Counted from the first letter of the stretch, positions 1-9,655 are shown. The stretch: 64,000 bases of DNA from an uncultured Candidatus Saccharibacteria bacterium (GCA_965231155.1 OZ246418.1:498496-562495), one strand, 5' to 3'. The notes: generated from the sequence alone by a model not told the origin. A program made the numbers and translations.

Positions 1-613
1 TTAGAATTAAGGCGCTCCCTTTTGATTCTACTTGAAAACCATCAGCTCCTAGATCAACTAGACTCTTTCTTAGGGCGGTATTTTTTTCACTGTTGGATAC
101 TCGAATCCACGAAGGGTAAATTCTGATCTCACCACCATTTTTCAAGACTCTCTTTATCTCCTGGAAGAAGAGTCTAATTTTCGTAGCGTCTTCGGCATAA
201 AATGGAGAACCGTAATGTGAAATAATTAAATCAAATGTTTCGTCTTGAAATGGCAAGGCTTCGCTTCGGCCAGCTACTAAATCAGATGCTCGGTTGCCAC
301 GGCGTAGTTGGTCAATTTGCCAACCTAATTGACGATCGCCGTCCTCATAATTTCTATCACGATATAATTGCTTCTGCTCTTCTTCGGAAAGGGCGTAAAA
401 CGGGTCAAGAGATGTTATGTTTAAAGACTCATCTCTCAGTTCATTTGCAAACTGGTTTAGTCCAGAGCCAATATCTAATATTTTCTTACCTTTTAGTTGT
501 TCAATGTTCAGGTCTAAATCTTCAAAATGCTCATTTCGTCCTCTTGCCGTAGGAGCATATTCTTCCCATATAGGGTCGTTTATTTTATCTCTTTGTGGAT
601 TTTTTTCTGACAT
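1..613 (-). CDS. class I SAM-dependent methyltransferase (3' end runs off the window start)
   Basis: Minus-strand ORF read by eye from ATG at 613..611 and still open at position 1; absent from the supplied ORF track. Translation MSEKNPQRDKINDPIWEEY...KKILDIGSGLNQFANEL...LPFQDETFDLIISHYG...LKNGGEIRIYP shows the glycine-rich SAM-binding motif I (ILDIGSG) and the acidic post-I/motif II pattern. Confidence 0.6.
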   Translation of the reverse strand, partial: MSEKNPQRDKINDPIWEEYAPTARGRNEHFEDLDLNIEQLKGKKILDIGSGLNQFANELRDESLNITSLDPFYALSEEEQKQLYRDRNYEDGDRQLGWQIDQLRRGNRASDLVAGRSEALPFQDETFDLIISHYGSPFYAEDATKIRLFFQEIKRVLKNGGEIRIYPSWIRVSNSEKNTALRKSLVDLGADGFQVESKGSALIL

Positions 614-641
614 ATACAAGAAGTATAACAAAACCAAAGTG

Positions 642-713
642 CTCCCCGGGTAGGATTCGAACCTACAACCTTCGCCTTAACAGGGCGCCGCTCTACCATT
701 GAGCTACCGGGGA
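642..713 (-). tRNA. tRNA-Asn (anticodon GTT)
   Basis: Reverse complement TCCCCGGTAGCTCAATGGTAGAGCGGCGCCCTGTTAAGGCGAAGGTTGTAGGTTCGAATCCTACCCGGGGAG folds as a cloverleaf: 7-bp acceptor TCCCCGG/CCGGGGA, D-arm GCTC/GAGC, anticodon loop CTGTTAA (GTT), T-arm GTAGG-TTCGAAT-CCTAC, discriminator G. It resembles E. coli tRNA-Asn at its ends (UCC start, G73 discriminator). Confidence 0.85.
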
Positions 714-974
714 ATATGAGGCTTAGTGTAACAAATCATTTGAGATTTTCAACTTGCTCGACAACTTCCTCTGTTGTATAAAATGGGGAGTGAGAGGAGA
801 CCTTCATGATTCCCAGAGCCCTGCTGGTAATTGGCGTTTCGTTCGTTTTTTGGAGTATGTTCCATGCCTCACCTTCTTCGAGAGGGGAGAAGCTCTTGAA
901 AGAGCAGGCTGGACGAGGTCCGGTTCTCCTGCCTAGCCGTCGTAGGCTTCCTGAAGGTGACGGGACCTATCCGA

Positions 975-1145
975 GTTGATTCTGATGGAGCGATTTTCGG
1001 TTGTCCTCGATCTCATCACGAGGAATCAGGATGTTCCCGCTGAGGATCTTGCCGACCTTGTTCTGTTCGTCGGTGAAGGTGATTCGACTCCAACTCAGCG
1101 TGCTGGAGTAATGACGGCTCTTTGTATGAGATATAAGGAGCGATT
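975..1145 (+). CDS. hypothetical 56-aa protein (below the ORF-track size cut-off)
   Basis: ATG at 975, TAA at 1143-1145. Translation MERFSVVLDLITRNQDVPAEDLADLVLFVGEGDSTPTQRAGVMTALCMRYKERFKT. It lies in a GC-elevated 430-nt spacer and is followed immediately by an intrinsic-terminator hairpin. No recognisable family. Confidence 0.25.
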
Positions 1146-1146
1146 C

Positions 1147-1184
1147 AAGACTTAAACGGCCCGTGTTACCACGAGCCGTTTTTT
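1147..1184 (+). terminator. rho-independent terminator (hairpin plus T-run)
   Basis: acggcccgtg-ttacc-acgagccgt stem-loop followed by ttttttttattttttt. Confidence 0.6.
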
Positions 1185-1207
1185 TTATTTTTTTCTGTAT
1201 CGCTTAA

Positions 1208-3685
1208 CTATGAACAGCGGCTGAAACCACAACTGCGACAACTCATGCATCCTTCCTGAAGTTGTAGGGCCGCGCCACAGTCTGGGCAACCAGGCATCAT
1301 GCCATAGTAGGCGATTGATTTCTTAGTAGTTACAGAAACCGTTTCCTGTTCCACACTCTCTTTGACGTTTACCATGACTGGTTCACTTTCTGTCAGTTCA
1401 GTTCGTGGATTATCAACGGCGTTGATGTGCTCCTCAAGAATCTGACCGATCGCATCGGGAAGGGAGAGGACGGTGCCTTTGTTGGTCATCGTTGGCATTG
1501 GTCCACGGATACCTTTGAGGTTGTGAATTACTTCATTTGATTTAATACCGGTGCGAAGTGCCAGTGAGATCAGGCGACAGATGCCCTCGCTCTGCTCTTG
1601 GAAGAAGCCACCGCTCTTACCAATAGTGGCGAAGACTTCAAATGGCTGACCGAGTTCATCGTTATTTACGGTAACATAAAGATGGCCATAGCCAGTTTTC
1701 ACTTTATACGTTTTTCCGGTCATCACCTCGGGTCGTTCGCGAGGGACGAGATTGCCAGTTGATAGTTGGTCGAGCGAGATGGAGACTTCCACTTTTGTTT
1801 CGTTAGTTTGAGAAGGCGCAGTGCGGATTCCTTCCTTACCAATTTCGGTTGGTGATTTGATGTTTTCGCCGGTACCAATATTCAAGATCTGCACGTTGCG
1901 ACTGCCATCGCGATAGGCAGTAGCGCTCTTACATTTCAGTTTCCAAGCATAGACGTAGCCATTGAAGACATCTTCGTGGGTAGCGCTGTTGGGGAAGTTG
2001 ATGGTCTTTGATATGGAGTTGTCAACATTCTTCTGGAACGCTGCCTGCATCTTCATGTGATTTTCTGCAGAGATGTCCATGGCCACCACAAAGGTTCGAC
2101 GGAGCTTCTCAGGGAGCCAGGAGAGACCCTGGATGCTTCCGGTGTTTGTAATTTCATCTTTCACCTCCTTGATCTGCTCAGGAGAGAGTTTGGCTTTCTT
2201 CAAGGCATCTTCGAAGTATTTATTAAGGTAGGTGTAGCGCATGCCATCCTTATCTTGTTTGATATAGGAGATGGCGAAGTTTGGTTCGATACCGCTTGAA
2301 CAGTCGAACATCATAGAGATTGAACCGGTTGGTGCCACGGTCGTGAGGGCAGCATTCCTCATCTTTATCTTTTTCTTGGCATAGATAGAGTGAGGGAGGT
2401 TGGGGAAAGCACCTTTTTCTTTGGCGAGAGCCTGAGACATCTCATGGGAGGCGTCGGTAACGGCTTTCATTACTTTCTCACCGAGCTTCTGACCTTCTGT
2501 TGAGTCATAGGGGATACCCAATTGATAGAGCATATCGGCGAAACCCATAATGCCTAGGCCGATGCGACGATTTTTTTGAGCCAACTCAGTGACTTGTTTT
2601 ACCGGGAAGTCGAAAGTGTCGATAACATTATCCATCAGTCGAGTGGCGATTTTGACTGATCGCTTCAGACCGTTCCAGTCAAACTTTCCATCCTTGACGA
2701 AGACAGCCAAGTTGATCGAACCAAGGTTGCAGTTGTCGTAGTGATGGAGGAACTGTTCGCCGCAAGGGTTGGAGCAGTCGATTGGTCCGAGTCCAGGCAG
2801 GGGATTGGTGCGATTTACTTCGTCGATGAAAACAATTCCTGGTTCACCATTCGACCAGGCGTTGTGAACGAGTTCGTCGAATAGTTCTTTGACGGTAATG
2901 TCTATCTCTTCGGCGCCAATTACAGAACCATTTGGAGCGCGGAGCACGCGATGTGGTTTTGTTTTTACTCCTTTCCATTCGCAATACCACTGCTCGTTTG
3001 GCCTTTCGGTCAGAGCTTTCATAAAGGCGTCAGTTACTTTGATAGAAATATTGAAGTTGCGAATATCGCCTTCAATTTGTTTGCAACGAATAAAATCTAG
3101 AATATCTGGATGGTCGATCTGCATCATAGCCATGTTCGCACCATGACGTCCTTGTTGTTTGATGATACCGAATGATTCGTTGTAGACGCGGAGAAAGGAA
3201 ACTGGACCAGAAGAAACACCATTTGATTTTTTGGTTGGCGTCATGGCTGGTCGAAGATGTGAGAAATCAAATCCTAAACCTGAACCTGCTTGTTGAAGGA
3301 GAGCTGCATCCTTGAGGGTTTGAAAAATATTTTCCATCGAATCAAGCACGGGAAGCACGATACAGTTTGCGACGACTGGTGTGTCCGCTCCGGCATTCGT
3401 AATTGTTCGTCCAGCAGGAGTGTATTCTTTGCGAGACATGACCTCGAAGAACTCACGCTCAGTTTTTTCGATGAACTTTTCGTCATGGCCATAATTTTTC
3501 TCCATGCCGGCTAAGGCGTGGGCAATTCGCTGGAACATTTCAGCAGGAGTTTCCTGAGATCCATCGGGGCGTTTCGTAAGATAGCGTTTTTTCATCATGC
3601 GCAACGCATTTTCAGAAAAACTTTCGTTTACTTTTCTGGCTTCTGCTTTTGGAATTGCGAGTACTGCGGACTTTTTTGTGGCCAT
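1208..3685 (-). CDS. nrdJ: ribonucleoside reductase, class II adenosylcobalamin-dependent (NrdJ-like)
   Basis: 825 aa. RNR catalytic core motifs are present (NPCGEQ active-site Cys region, NLGSINL, C-terminal Cys pair) and there is a C-terminal zinc ribbon CPDCG...CMSCRSCGFSRC, typical of monomeric class II enzymes such as Thermotoga NrdJ (about 827 aa). No nrdB or ATP-cone was seen. Confidence 0.8.
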   Translation of the reverse strand: MATKKSAVLAIPKAEARKVNESFSENALRMMKKRYLTKRPDGSQETPAEMFQRIAHALAGMEKNYGHDEKFIEKTEREFFEVMSRKEYTPAGRTITNAGADTPVVANCIVLPVLDSMENIFQTLKDAALLQQAGSGLGFDFSHLRPAMTPTKKSNGVSSGPVSFLRVYNESFGIIKQQGRHGANMAMMQIDHPDILDFIRCKQIEGDIRNFNISIKVTDAFMKALTERPNEQWYCEWKGVKTKPHRVLRAPNGSVIGAEEIDITVKELFDELVHNAWSNGEPGIVFIDEVNRTNPLPGLGPIDCSNPCGEQFLHHYDNCNLGSINLAVFVKDGKFDWNGLKRSVKIATRLMDNVIDTFDFPVKQVTELAQKNRRIGLGIMGFADMLYQLGIPYDSTEGQKLGEKVMKAVTDASHEMSQALAKEKGAFPNLPHSIYAKKKIKMRNAALTTVAPTGSISMMFDCSSGIEPNFAISYIKQDKDGMRYTYLNKYFEDALKKAKLSPEQIKEVKDEITNTGSIQGLSWLPEKLRRTFVVAMDISAENHMKMQAAFQKNVDNSISKTINFPNSATHEDVFNGYVYAWKLKCKSATAYRDGSRNVQILNIGTGENIKSPTEIGKEGIRTAPSQTNETKVEVSISLDQLSTGNLVPRERPEVMTGKTYKVKTGYGHLYVTVNNDELGQPFEVFATIGKSGGFFQEQSEGICRLISLALRTGIKSNEVIHNLKGIRGPMPTMTNKGTVLSLPDAIGQILEEHINAVDNPRTELTESEPVMVNVKESVEQETVSVTTKKSIAYYGMMPGCPDCGAALQLQEGCMSCRSCGFSRCS

Positions 3686-3891
3686 AATTTTGTCCTTATT
3701 TTTTATTTTTTTAAACCTTTATTTTTTTAGTTTTTATTAACCGCTTTAGCATTCTATAGGCATTCCCAAGGCCCTGCAAAAGTGTGAAGTTATACACAGA
3801 ACCCTTCGAAGAGAGAAGTGAGTACTGGCTTCAAATCTTTGTATTGTTGGTATCTATTGACAACAAAATAAGGTATTTTAAGATGAGAGGC

Positions 3892-6111
3892 ATGGAAAAA
3901 GTGGGAGTCTTTTTAAAAAGAGTTTTGGCTGGTTTCTCGGTTTCTTTCTATGTGTTCTTGGTGGCAGTGTTTTTTATTGGATCAGTGGGAGGGTTTTTTG
4001 TGGGACAGATATTTTTTTCTTCCGCGCAGGAGAAGGAGAAGGTTATTGCACAAGAATTTTCAATAAAAGATAAACCGTCTCCATTGCTCGCTTCAATTTC
4101 TGAAGTTTTTCAGCGTTCTTTTGGTGAAAGTTCTCGTTATCTTGATGCCGAAGTGTCTCTTGCTCCTGTTAATTCATCAGAATCTATAATAGATAGCGTG
4201 AAAGGGACTTCATCTTTGAATGGAGCTTCATCGACAGAATCATTTTTATTACTAAAGAAAGAAAACGAAAAGAAAAGTGTTTCTGAAACAGTAGTAAGTT
4301 GTCTCGCTTCTTCAACTTCAGTGCTTAGTCGAGAGGTGGTGATTAATGAGTTAGCATGGATGGGATCAGTGGCGCAATCGAGTGAAGATTCTTCGGCGGC
4401 GAGTCGGCGAGAGTGGATTGAGCTTTTGAATATTTCTTCCCGAACTATTTCTTTGGCAAATTGGAGACTCGAAGATACAAATGGAAAGTTTAAAATTATT
4501 TTTCCACATGGAGCAGTATTACGCGCGGGAGATTTTTATCTTTTGGCCCGAGGCAGTGGAGAAAAAATTTTAGGGAATAAACCAAATCTGATTTATTCGG
4601 CACCATTGTCGAATGAGGGGATGAGAATAAAACTTTTTAATGACCAGTGTGCAGTTGTCGACGAAGTCGGTGACGTTCGAGGATGGCCCGCAGGTAATCG
4701 AGAAACAAAACAGACGATGGAGCGAGATGATGATTTGATGGGGTGGCATACGAGTGTTTCTCCGGGAGGAACTCCAAGGGCAGAGAATAGTGAGATTATT
4801 TCGATTTCTGCCAGTGCTGACCAGACGCCTTCTGTGATTTCTCATATGTCTAAGAGTTCTGAATCAAATCCGCCAAACGCTACATATCCGAAATTAATTA
4901 TTACTGAGGTTCAGACTGCCTCTGTTTCAACTACTCGTGATGAATTTGTGGAAGTCTATAATTCCAGCGATCAGGTGGTTGAGTTGACTGACTGGTATCT
5001 CCAGAAGAAGACAAAATCAGGCGTTTCGTATACTTCTTTTGCGCCCAAAGGGGTTTTTGCGGGACAACGAATCTTACCTCGGGGATTCTTTGTGATTGCG
5101 CATCCTTCGAGCTCCTTTCTATATAGTGTGTCTACCGAGGAAGGGCTTGCCGATGATAATACCTTGGTCCTCAAGAATCCGAACGGGGAGGTGGTTGATA
5201 AGGTTGGCTGGGGAGGGGCCAGTGATTCTGAGGGATTGGCAATAGGAAATCCAGGGCCTAGCGAGAGTATCCAGAGAAAGTTTTCTGGTGGGACGTATGT
5301 TGACACTGATTCCAATATAAATGATTTTGAATTTCAGGATTGTCCGAGCCTTGGAAAAATGATTGAGAGTTGTTCATCTTTGGCGATTCTTTTAGTTGAG
5401 GATATTGTTTCTTCGACGGTATCTGAAAGTGCAAGTTCTTCTTCTGAGACAGGAGCAACTTCGACAGATCAGATAGATAATAATTTTTCATCATCCACTA
5501 TTGATTTCGCTTCATCGACCGAATCAGTGGCGCCGAGTAGTACGATAGAGTCATCGAGTACAAGTTTTCTAGATATATCTAGTAGCACTACCAATACTTC
5601 TTCGACAGCAGAGTCATCAACCATTTCTTCTTTCGTTGATCATCTCGTGATTTCTCAAATTCAGATTACTGGTGGCGCGGGAAATGCTGAAAATGATTTT
5701 ATAGAAATTTTTAATCCCACTTCTTCAACGATTGATATGAGTGGTTGGAAGTTGCGAAAAAGAACACAGTCAGGGACGGAGTCGTCGATCAAGGTTTTCT
5801 CAAACGGGGGTAGTATCTCATCGTTAGGAATCTTTAGGTGGGCGAACTCTAAAGACGGATTTAGTGAAGCGATTGGTGCGCAGGCCTCAAGTACACAAAC
5901 TATTTCTAACGATTCAAGTATCGGACTTTTTGATGTGATAGGAAATCTGATTGATGCAGTGGCCTGGGGAAGTGGCCATACGAATCCATTTGTTGAGGGG
6001 GAAGTTTTTGGGACAAACCCTGGAGATAAACAAATCCTCAGAAGGAATTATCTTGATGGAGTGATCGTTGATACGAACGATAATAAGAAAGATTTCAGTC
6101 TCGAGAATTGA
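3892..6111 (+). CDS. membrane-anchored surface protein with three lamin-tail (LTD) domains and Ser/Thr-rich linkers
   Basis: ORF track gives 3784..6111. The likely start is the ATG at 3892 (MEKVGVF...), which follows a GAGAGG ribosome-binding site; an N-terminal TM helix follows. Three repeats fit the LTD pattern (INELAWMGS...EWIELLN...LANWRLED ; LIITEVQTAS...DEFVEVYN...LTDWYLQKK ; LVISQIQITG...NDFIEIFN...MSGWKLRKR), separated by S/T-rich low-complexity stretches. Confidence 0.55.
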   Translation: MEKVGVFLKRVLAGFSVSFYVFLVAVFFIGSVGGFFVGQIFFSSAQEKEKVIAQEFSIKDKPSPLLASISEVFQRSFGESSRYLDAEVSLAPVNSSESIIDSVKGTSSLNGASSTESFLLLKKENEKKSVSETVVSCLASSTSVLSREVVINELAWMGSVAQSSEDSSAASRREWIELLNISSRTISLANWRLEDTNGKFKIIFPHGAVLRAGDFYLLARGSGEKILGNKPNLIYSAPLSNEGMRIKLFNDQCAVVDEVGDVRGWPAGNRETKQTMERDDDLMGWHTSVSPGGTPRAENSEIISISASADQTPSVISHMSKSSESNPPNATYPKLIITEVQTASVSTTRDEFVEVYNSSDQVVELTDWYLQKKTKSGVSYTSFAPKGVFAGQRILPRGFFVIAHPSSSFLYSVSTEEGLADDNTLVLKNPNGEVVDKVGWGGASDSEGLAIGNPGPSESIQRKFSGGTYVDTDSNINDFEFQDCPSLGKMIESCSSLAILLVEDIVSSTVSESASSSSETGATSTDQIDNNFSSSTIDFASSTESVAPSSTIESSSTSFLDISSSTTNTSSTAESSTISSFVDHLVISQIQITGGAGNAENDFIEIFNPTSSTIDMSGWKLRKRTQSGTESSIKVFSNGGSISSLGIFRWANSKDGFSEAIGAQASSTQTISNDSSIGLFDVIGNLIDAVAWGSGHTNPFVEGEVFGTNPGDKQILRRNYLDGVIVDTNDNKKDFSLEN

Positions 6112-6192
6112 CCTTGTTTTAGTAATTGTGTAGGATGGATTCCTATCGCGCGCCTTTTGCCGTGATAAAAAGTTCATTAACAGGAGAATAGT

Positions 6193-6471
6193 GTGGTGGA
6201 TAGTGGTGTAATTGTCGGGGAAAGTACATTGGTTACGGTTCGACTTCGTGAACCATATCATTCAGATCATAAGCTTTCGCTTTTTTTCGATCCGGAAACA
6301 GACGGTTTCCTGCTTTGGGTCGAAAACGGGAGAAGGAAGTTGACTCGGGATTTTCCGTTCCGAACGCAAGCAACTGAGCTTCTCGGTGTACTTGGTCAAC
6401 TGGTAGCTTGTCCTCAGGTTTTGTCTGAGGCCGAAAGTTTCGTCAGGAGACACGCGGGAGGTCGGGTATGA
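6193..6471 (+). CDS. hypothetical small protein (92 aa), first gene of a translationally coupled pair
   Basis: ORF with GC around 50%, above the local background. Its stop overlaps the start of the next ORF as ATGA (gtATGAactgg). No recognisable family. Confidence 0.4.
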   Translation: MVDSGVIVGESTLVTVRLREPYHSDHKLSLFFDPETDGFLLWVENGRRKLTRDFPFRTQATELLGVLGQLVACPQVLSEAESFVRRHAGGRV

Positions 6472-6707
6472 ACTGGCGGAGTAGATCTCTCTCTGGACGC
6501 CATCACGGTGGCGTCGTCGAGATGGTGGTCTTTGAGACTGCGATGACTTTCAAGATCATCGTTGATGATACGGTAAGATTCTTACGACGTTGTGAGAGTC
6601 GTTATGATCTCCAGGCAGTCGGGGATGATATTAAGAGGTTGATTGGTTGCCCGGAAGATCGGGCGGCAGCTCTCGCCTTTATCCACTCACACAAGCATCG
6701 TTTCTAG
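6468..6707 (+). CDS. hypothetical small protein (79 aa), second gene of the coupled pair
   Basis: The start codon overlaps the upstream stop by 4 nt. Same strand and compositional profile as its partner. No recognisable family. Confidence 0.4.
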   Translation: MNWRSRSLSGRHHGGVVEMVVFETAMTFKIIVDDTVRFLRRCESRYDLQAVGDDIKRLIGCPEDRAAALAFIHSHKHRF

Positions 6708-6831
6708 CCGTTCGATATTTTCTCGAGCGGCTTTTTTATATTCTTTTGACTTGATTGGTGTTTACCCTTATTTTTATGGCATATCAACTGTTGAGGCGAG
6801 GAATAGAGAAGTTGAGCAACCTACTATATAT

Positions 6832-9348
6832 ATGCAGAATAAAATTGTTATTAAAGGAGCTCGTGAGCACAATCTGAAGAATATTTCTTTGGAGTTGCCA
6901 CGAGATAAAATGATTGTATTTACTGGCCTTTCTGGTTCCGGGAAGTCGAGCTTGGCGTTCGATACTATCTTTGCTGAAGGCCAGCGACGATACATCGAGT
7001 CGTTGTCGGCCTATGCGCGACAGTTTTTAGGGCGTTTAGATAAGCCAGATGTGGATGAAATCGAAGGACTGTCGCCAGCAATTTCTATTGACCAGAAGAG
7101 TCATTCGGCGAACCCGCGTTCGACAGTAGCCACAATTACGGAAATCTATGACTACCTTCGTGTGCTTTTTGCACGTGTTGGTGTGCCACACTGCCCAGAG
7201 TGTGGGCGAGAGATTAAAAAGATGACCAGCGAGGAGATTGTGGACACGGCAATTGAAATTTCTAATCGAAATAAAAATAAGAAAAATATTTTGATTTTGG
7301 CACCAGCCGTACGTGGACGAAAAGGGGAGTATTATCAGATGCTCTATGATTTCTTAAACGCAGGATTCAGTGAGGCGCGAGTTGATGGAAAGTTTGTGTC
7401 ACTTCGGGAGCGTATTGATCTTGGGAAGTATAAAACACATACCATTGAGTTGGTGATTGATCGAATGCCAGCGGGACTTGATTTTAAGGATAAAGATAAT
7501 CGTTTGCGACTGGCTGAGGCGATTGAGACAGCATTGAAATATGGGCATGATGTAGTGACATTGATTACTGATGAGGAGTTTTCTTTATCAGCGCAGTTCA
7601 CCTGCCCGAATGATGGTTTTTCATTTCCCGAAATTGAGCCACGACTTTTTTCTTTTAACAGTCCATACGGTGCGTGCCCAACCTGTCATGGCTTGGGGAC
7701 TGAGGATGTCTGGTCGGAGAAGATCTGTCCGGACTGTGAGGGAAGGCGTCTCAAAAAAGAGAGCTTGGGTGTATTGATCGGTGGAAAAAATATTGTGACC
7801 GTAACGGCGCTCTCGATTGCCGAGGCGTATGATTTTTTTGGTAAGCTAGAGAAAAATAGTAAGGCGAAGTTTGCGGAGATTGCCGAGGTGCCATTACGGG
7901 AGATTCGGAATCGTCTGAAGTTTATGATCGATGTGGGGCTCGAATATCTCTCGCTTGATCGAAAAGCGGGAACGCTTTCTGGTGGGGAGTCTCAGCGTAT
8001 TCGTCTGGCTTCGCAAATTGGGTCGCGTTTGGTGGGAACGCTTTATATCCTAGACGAACCAACCGTCGGTCTTCATCAGCGGGATAATGCAAAACTAATC
8101 CAGACACTCCAGGAGCTTCGAGATCTGGGGAATACCATTATTGTTGTTGAGCATGATGAGGATACAATTCGAGCCAGTAACTATTTGGTTGATATTGGGC
8201 CAGGTGCGGGAGTGCATGGTGGTCAGGTGGTGGTGGCTGGGCCACTGCCGGAGATTCTCAAAGACACCACGCATAAGTCTCTGACGTTAGATTACTTGCG
8301 AGGTAAGGAGTTTATCTCAGTGCCAGAGAAACGCCGATCGGTGACGAAGAATCATGAGTTTTTGAAGATTAAAGGAGCGACTGCGAATAATTTGAAAAAT
8401 GTGGACGTGAATATTCCGCTCAGACGCTTCACGGCGGTAACTGGCGTTTCTGGTTCGGGCAAGAGTTCTTTGGTGTACGACGTACTCTTTAAGGCGATTT
8501 CAAATAAATATAATGGGAGTAGTTATATTGTTGGCGCGCACAAGGCCATGCTGGGACTTGAGTATGTTGATAGGATAATCAATGTTGATCAGTCAGCAAT
8601 TGGACGAACACCACGATCGAATCCGGCGACGTATGTGGGAGCCTGGACGTTCATTCGAGATATTTTTTCAGCAACAGATGACGCGCGAGTGCGTGGCTAT
8701 AAACCAGGTCGTTTCAGTTTTAATATTCCTGGCGGACGATGTGAAAACTGTGAAGGGCATGGCACACTGGCAATCGAGATGCATTTCTTGCCAACGGTAT
8801 ATGTTGAGTGCGATGTCTGTAAAGGAAAGCGGTTTGATCGCGAGACTTTGCAGGTGGAGTATAAAGGAAAAAATATCTATGAAGTTTTGGAGATGACGGT
8901 TGAGGAGGCGACTAAGTTCTTTGAGGATATTCCGTGGCTCCATGATCGTTTGAAGATATTAGAGGAAGTGGGTTTGGGATATATCAAACTTGGTCAGTCG
9001 GCGACGACACTGTCGGGTGGTGAGGCTCAGCGTATCAAGTTGTCATCAGAATTGGGGAAACGTGACACTCGGAAAACCCTCTATCTTCTCGACGAGCCAA
9101 CAACCGGTTTACATTTTGCCGATATTGATCAGTTACTAAAAGTTATTCAACGGCTAGTGGATCGAGGAAATACTGTTGTCGTTATCGAGCATAATCTTGA
9201 TGTAATTAAAACGGCCGATTGGGTGATTGATCTTGGCCCAGAGGGTGGGGTGAAGGGTGGAGAAGTCATGGCCGCAGGAACTCCGGAGGAGGTTTCTAAG
9301 AAGGCGAAGAGTTTTACCGCGGAGTACTTGCGTAAGGTTCTGAAATAA
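6832..9348 (+). CDS. uvrA: excinuclease ABC subunit A
   Basis: ORF track starts at 6643. The canonical UvrA N-terminus [45 protein letters not shown] begins at the ATG at 6832. There are two ABC ATPase modules (GLSGSGKSS and GVSGSGKSS Walker A; LSGGESQR and LSGGEAQR signatures) and zinc-finger Cys clusters (CPEC, CPTCHG, CPDCEG, CENCEG, CDVCKG). 838 aa, a short UvrA. Confidence 0.9.
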   Translation: MQNKIVIKGAREHNLKNISLELPRDKMIVFTGLSGSGKSSLAFDTIFAEGQRRYIESLSAYARQFLGRLDKPDVDEIEGLSPAISIDQKSHSANPRSTVATITEIYDYLRVLFARVGVPHCPECGREIKKMTSEEIVDTAIEISNRNKNKKNILILAPAVRGRKGEYYQMLYDFLNAGFSEARVDGKFVSLRERIDLGKYKTHTIELVIDRMPAGLDFKDKDNRLRLAEAIETALKYGHDVVTLITDEEFSLSAQFTCPNDGFSFPEIEPRLFSFNSPYGACPTCHGLGTEDVWSEKICPDCEGRRLKKESLGVLIGGKNIVTVTALSIAEAYDFFGKLEKNSKAKFAEIAEVPLREIRNRLKFMIDVGLEYLSLDRKAGTLSGGESQRIRLASQIGSRLVGTLYILDEPTVGLHQRDNAKLIQTLQELRDLGNTIIVVEHDEDTIRASNYLVDIGPGAGVHGGQVVVAGPLPEILKDTTHKSLTLDYLRGKEFISVPEKRRSVTKNHEFLKIKGATANNLKNVDVNIPLRRFTAVTGVSGSGKSSLVYDVLFKAISNKYNGSSYIVGAHKAMLGLEYVDRIINVDQSAIGRTPRSNPATYVGAWTFIRDIFSATDDARVRGYKPGRFSFNIPGGRCENCEGHGTLAIEMHFLPTVYVECDVCKGKRFDRETLQVEYKGKNIYEVLEMTVEEATKFFEDIPWLHDRLKILEEVGLGYIKLGQSATTLSGGEAQRIKLSSELGKRDTRKTLYLLDEPTTGLHFADIDQLLKVIQRLVDRGNTVVVIEHNLDVIKTADWVIDLGPEGGVKGGEVMAAGTPEEVSKKAKSFTAEYLRKVLK

Positions 9349-9376
9349 AACTTCTAGTTTCTGATATAATGAAAAT

Positions 9377-9655
9377 ATGATTCATGTTGAGGGTCACAAG
9401 TTTACTCGTGATGGCGAACAGATTGGTTGGCTTGAGGGATCCCAGCTGTATGATAAGGATGGGCGTCACGTCGGTTATTTTGAAGAAGAGAATATTTATA
9501 ATCGGGGCGGTCATAAACTAGCATATATTCGGGGGGATTATCTCCACGCAGAGAACGACGAGAAGATCGAACTAAGCAAACTTCGTGAATCCGTTCATGG
9601 GGGAGAGCTTTCTGATTTAGCGCGTGGGGCAGTTCAGGTTCTTCTTGGAGATTGA
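9377..9655 (+). CDS. hypothetical small protein with internal roughly 16-aa repeats
   Basis: 92 aa. A motif recurs: DGEQIGWLEGSQLY / DGRHVGYFEEENIY / GGHKLAYIRGDYLH. It sits between uvrA and uvrC on the same strand. Confidence 0.45.
   Translation: MIHVEGHKFTRDGEQIGWLEGSQLYDKDGRHVGYFEEENIYNRGGHKLAYIRGDYLHAENDEKIELSKLRESVHGGELSDLARGAVQVLLGD

Noticed and set aside
754-936. 60-aa ORF 754..936
   Set aside because: No RBS, no motif, Trp/Cys/Arg-rich composition typical of a random GC-rich frame. Retained only as part of the 720-1190 spacer observation.
720-1190. tmRNA or SRP RNA in the tRNA-Asn-adjacent spacer
   Set aside because: No tRNA-like T-arm (GGTTCGAATCC) or CCA-adjacent acceptor at the 3' end (a terminator is there instead). 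The AGGTCCGG match to SRP domain IV is not followed by the conserved GGAAGGAAGCAGC.
1208-3685. Intein inside nrdJ
   Set aside because: The RNR sequence is contiguous across all conserved blocks at a normal length (825 aa). No Cys/Ser-His-Asn splice-junction or LAGLIDADG motifs.
3784-3891. N-terminal extensions proposed by the ORF track (3784 for the LTD protein; also 6643 for uvrA, 18126 for rpiB, 46849 for mgtC, 39723 for the dehydrogenase, 55635 for the HAD gene)
   Set aside because: Family N-termini align to internal ATGs (for example MQNKIVIKG for UvrA at 6832, MHIYFGADHRGF for RpiB). The extensions overlap upstream genes or intergenic promoters.
5400-5640. CRISPR-like or tandem nucleotide repeats in the Ser/Thr-rich stretches (5400-5640; 43050-43300; 43800-44460; 16000-17600)
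   Set aside because: These are in-frame low-complexity S/T/P coding repeats inside long ORFs. There are no regularly spaced identical repeats with unique spacers and no cas genes.
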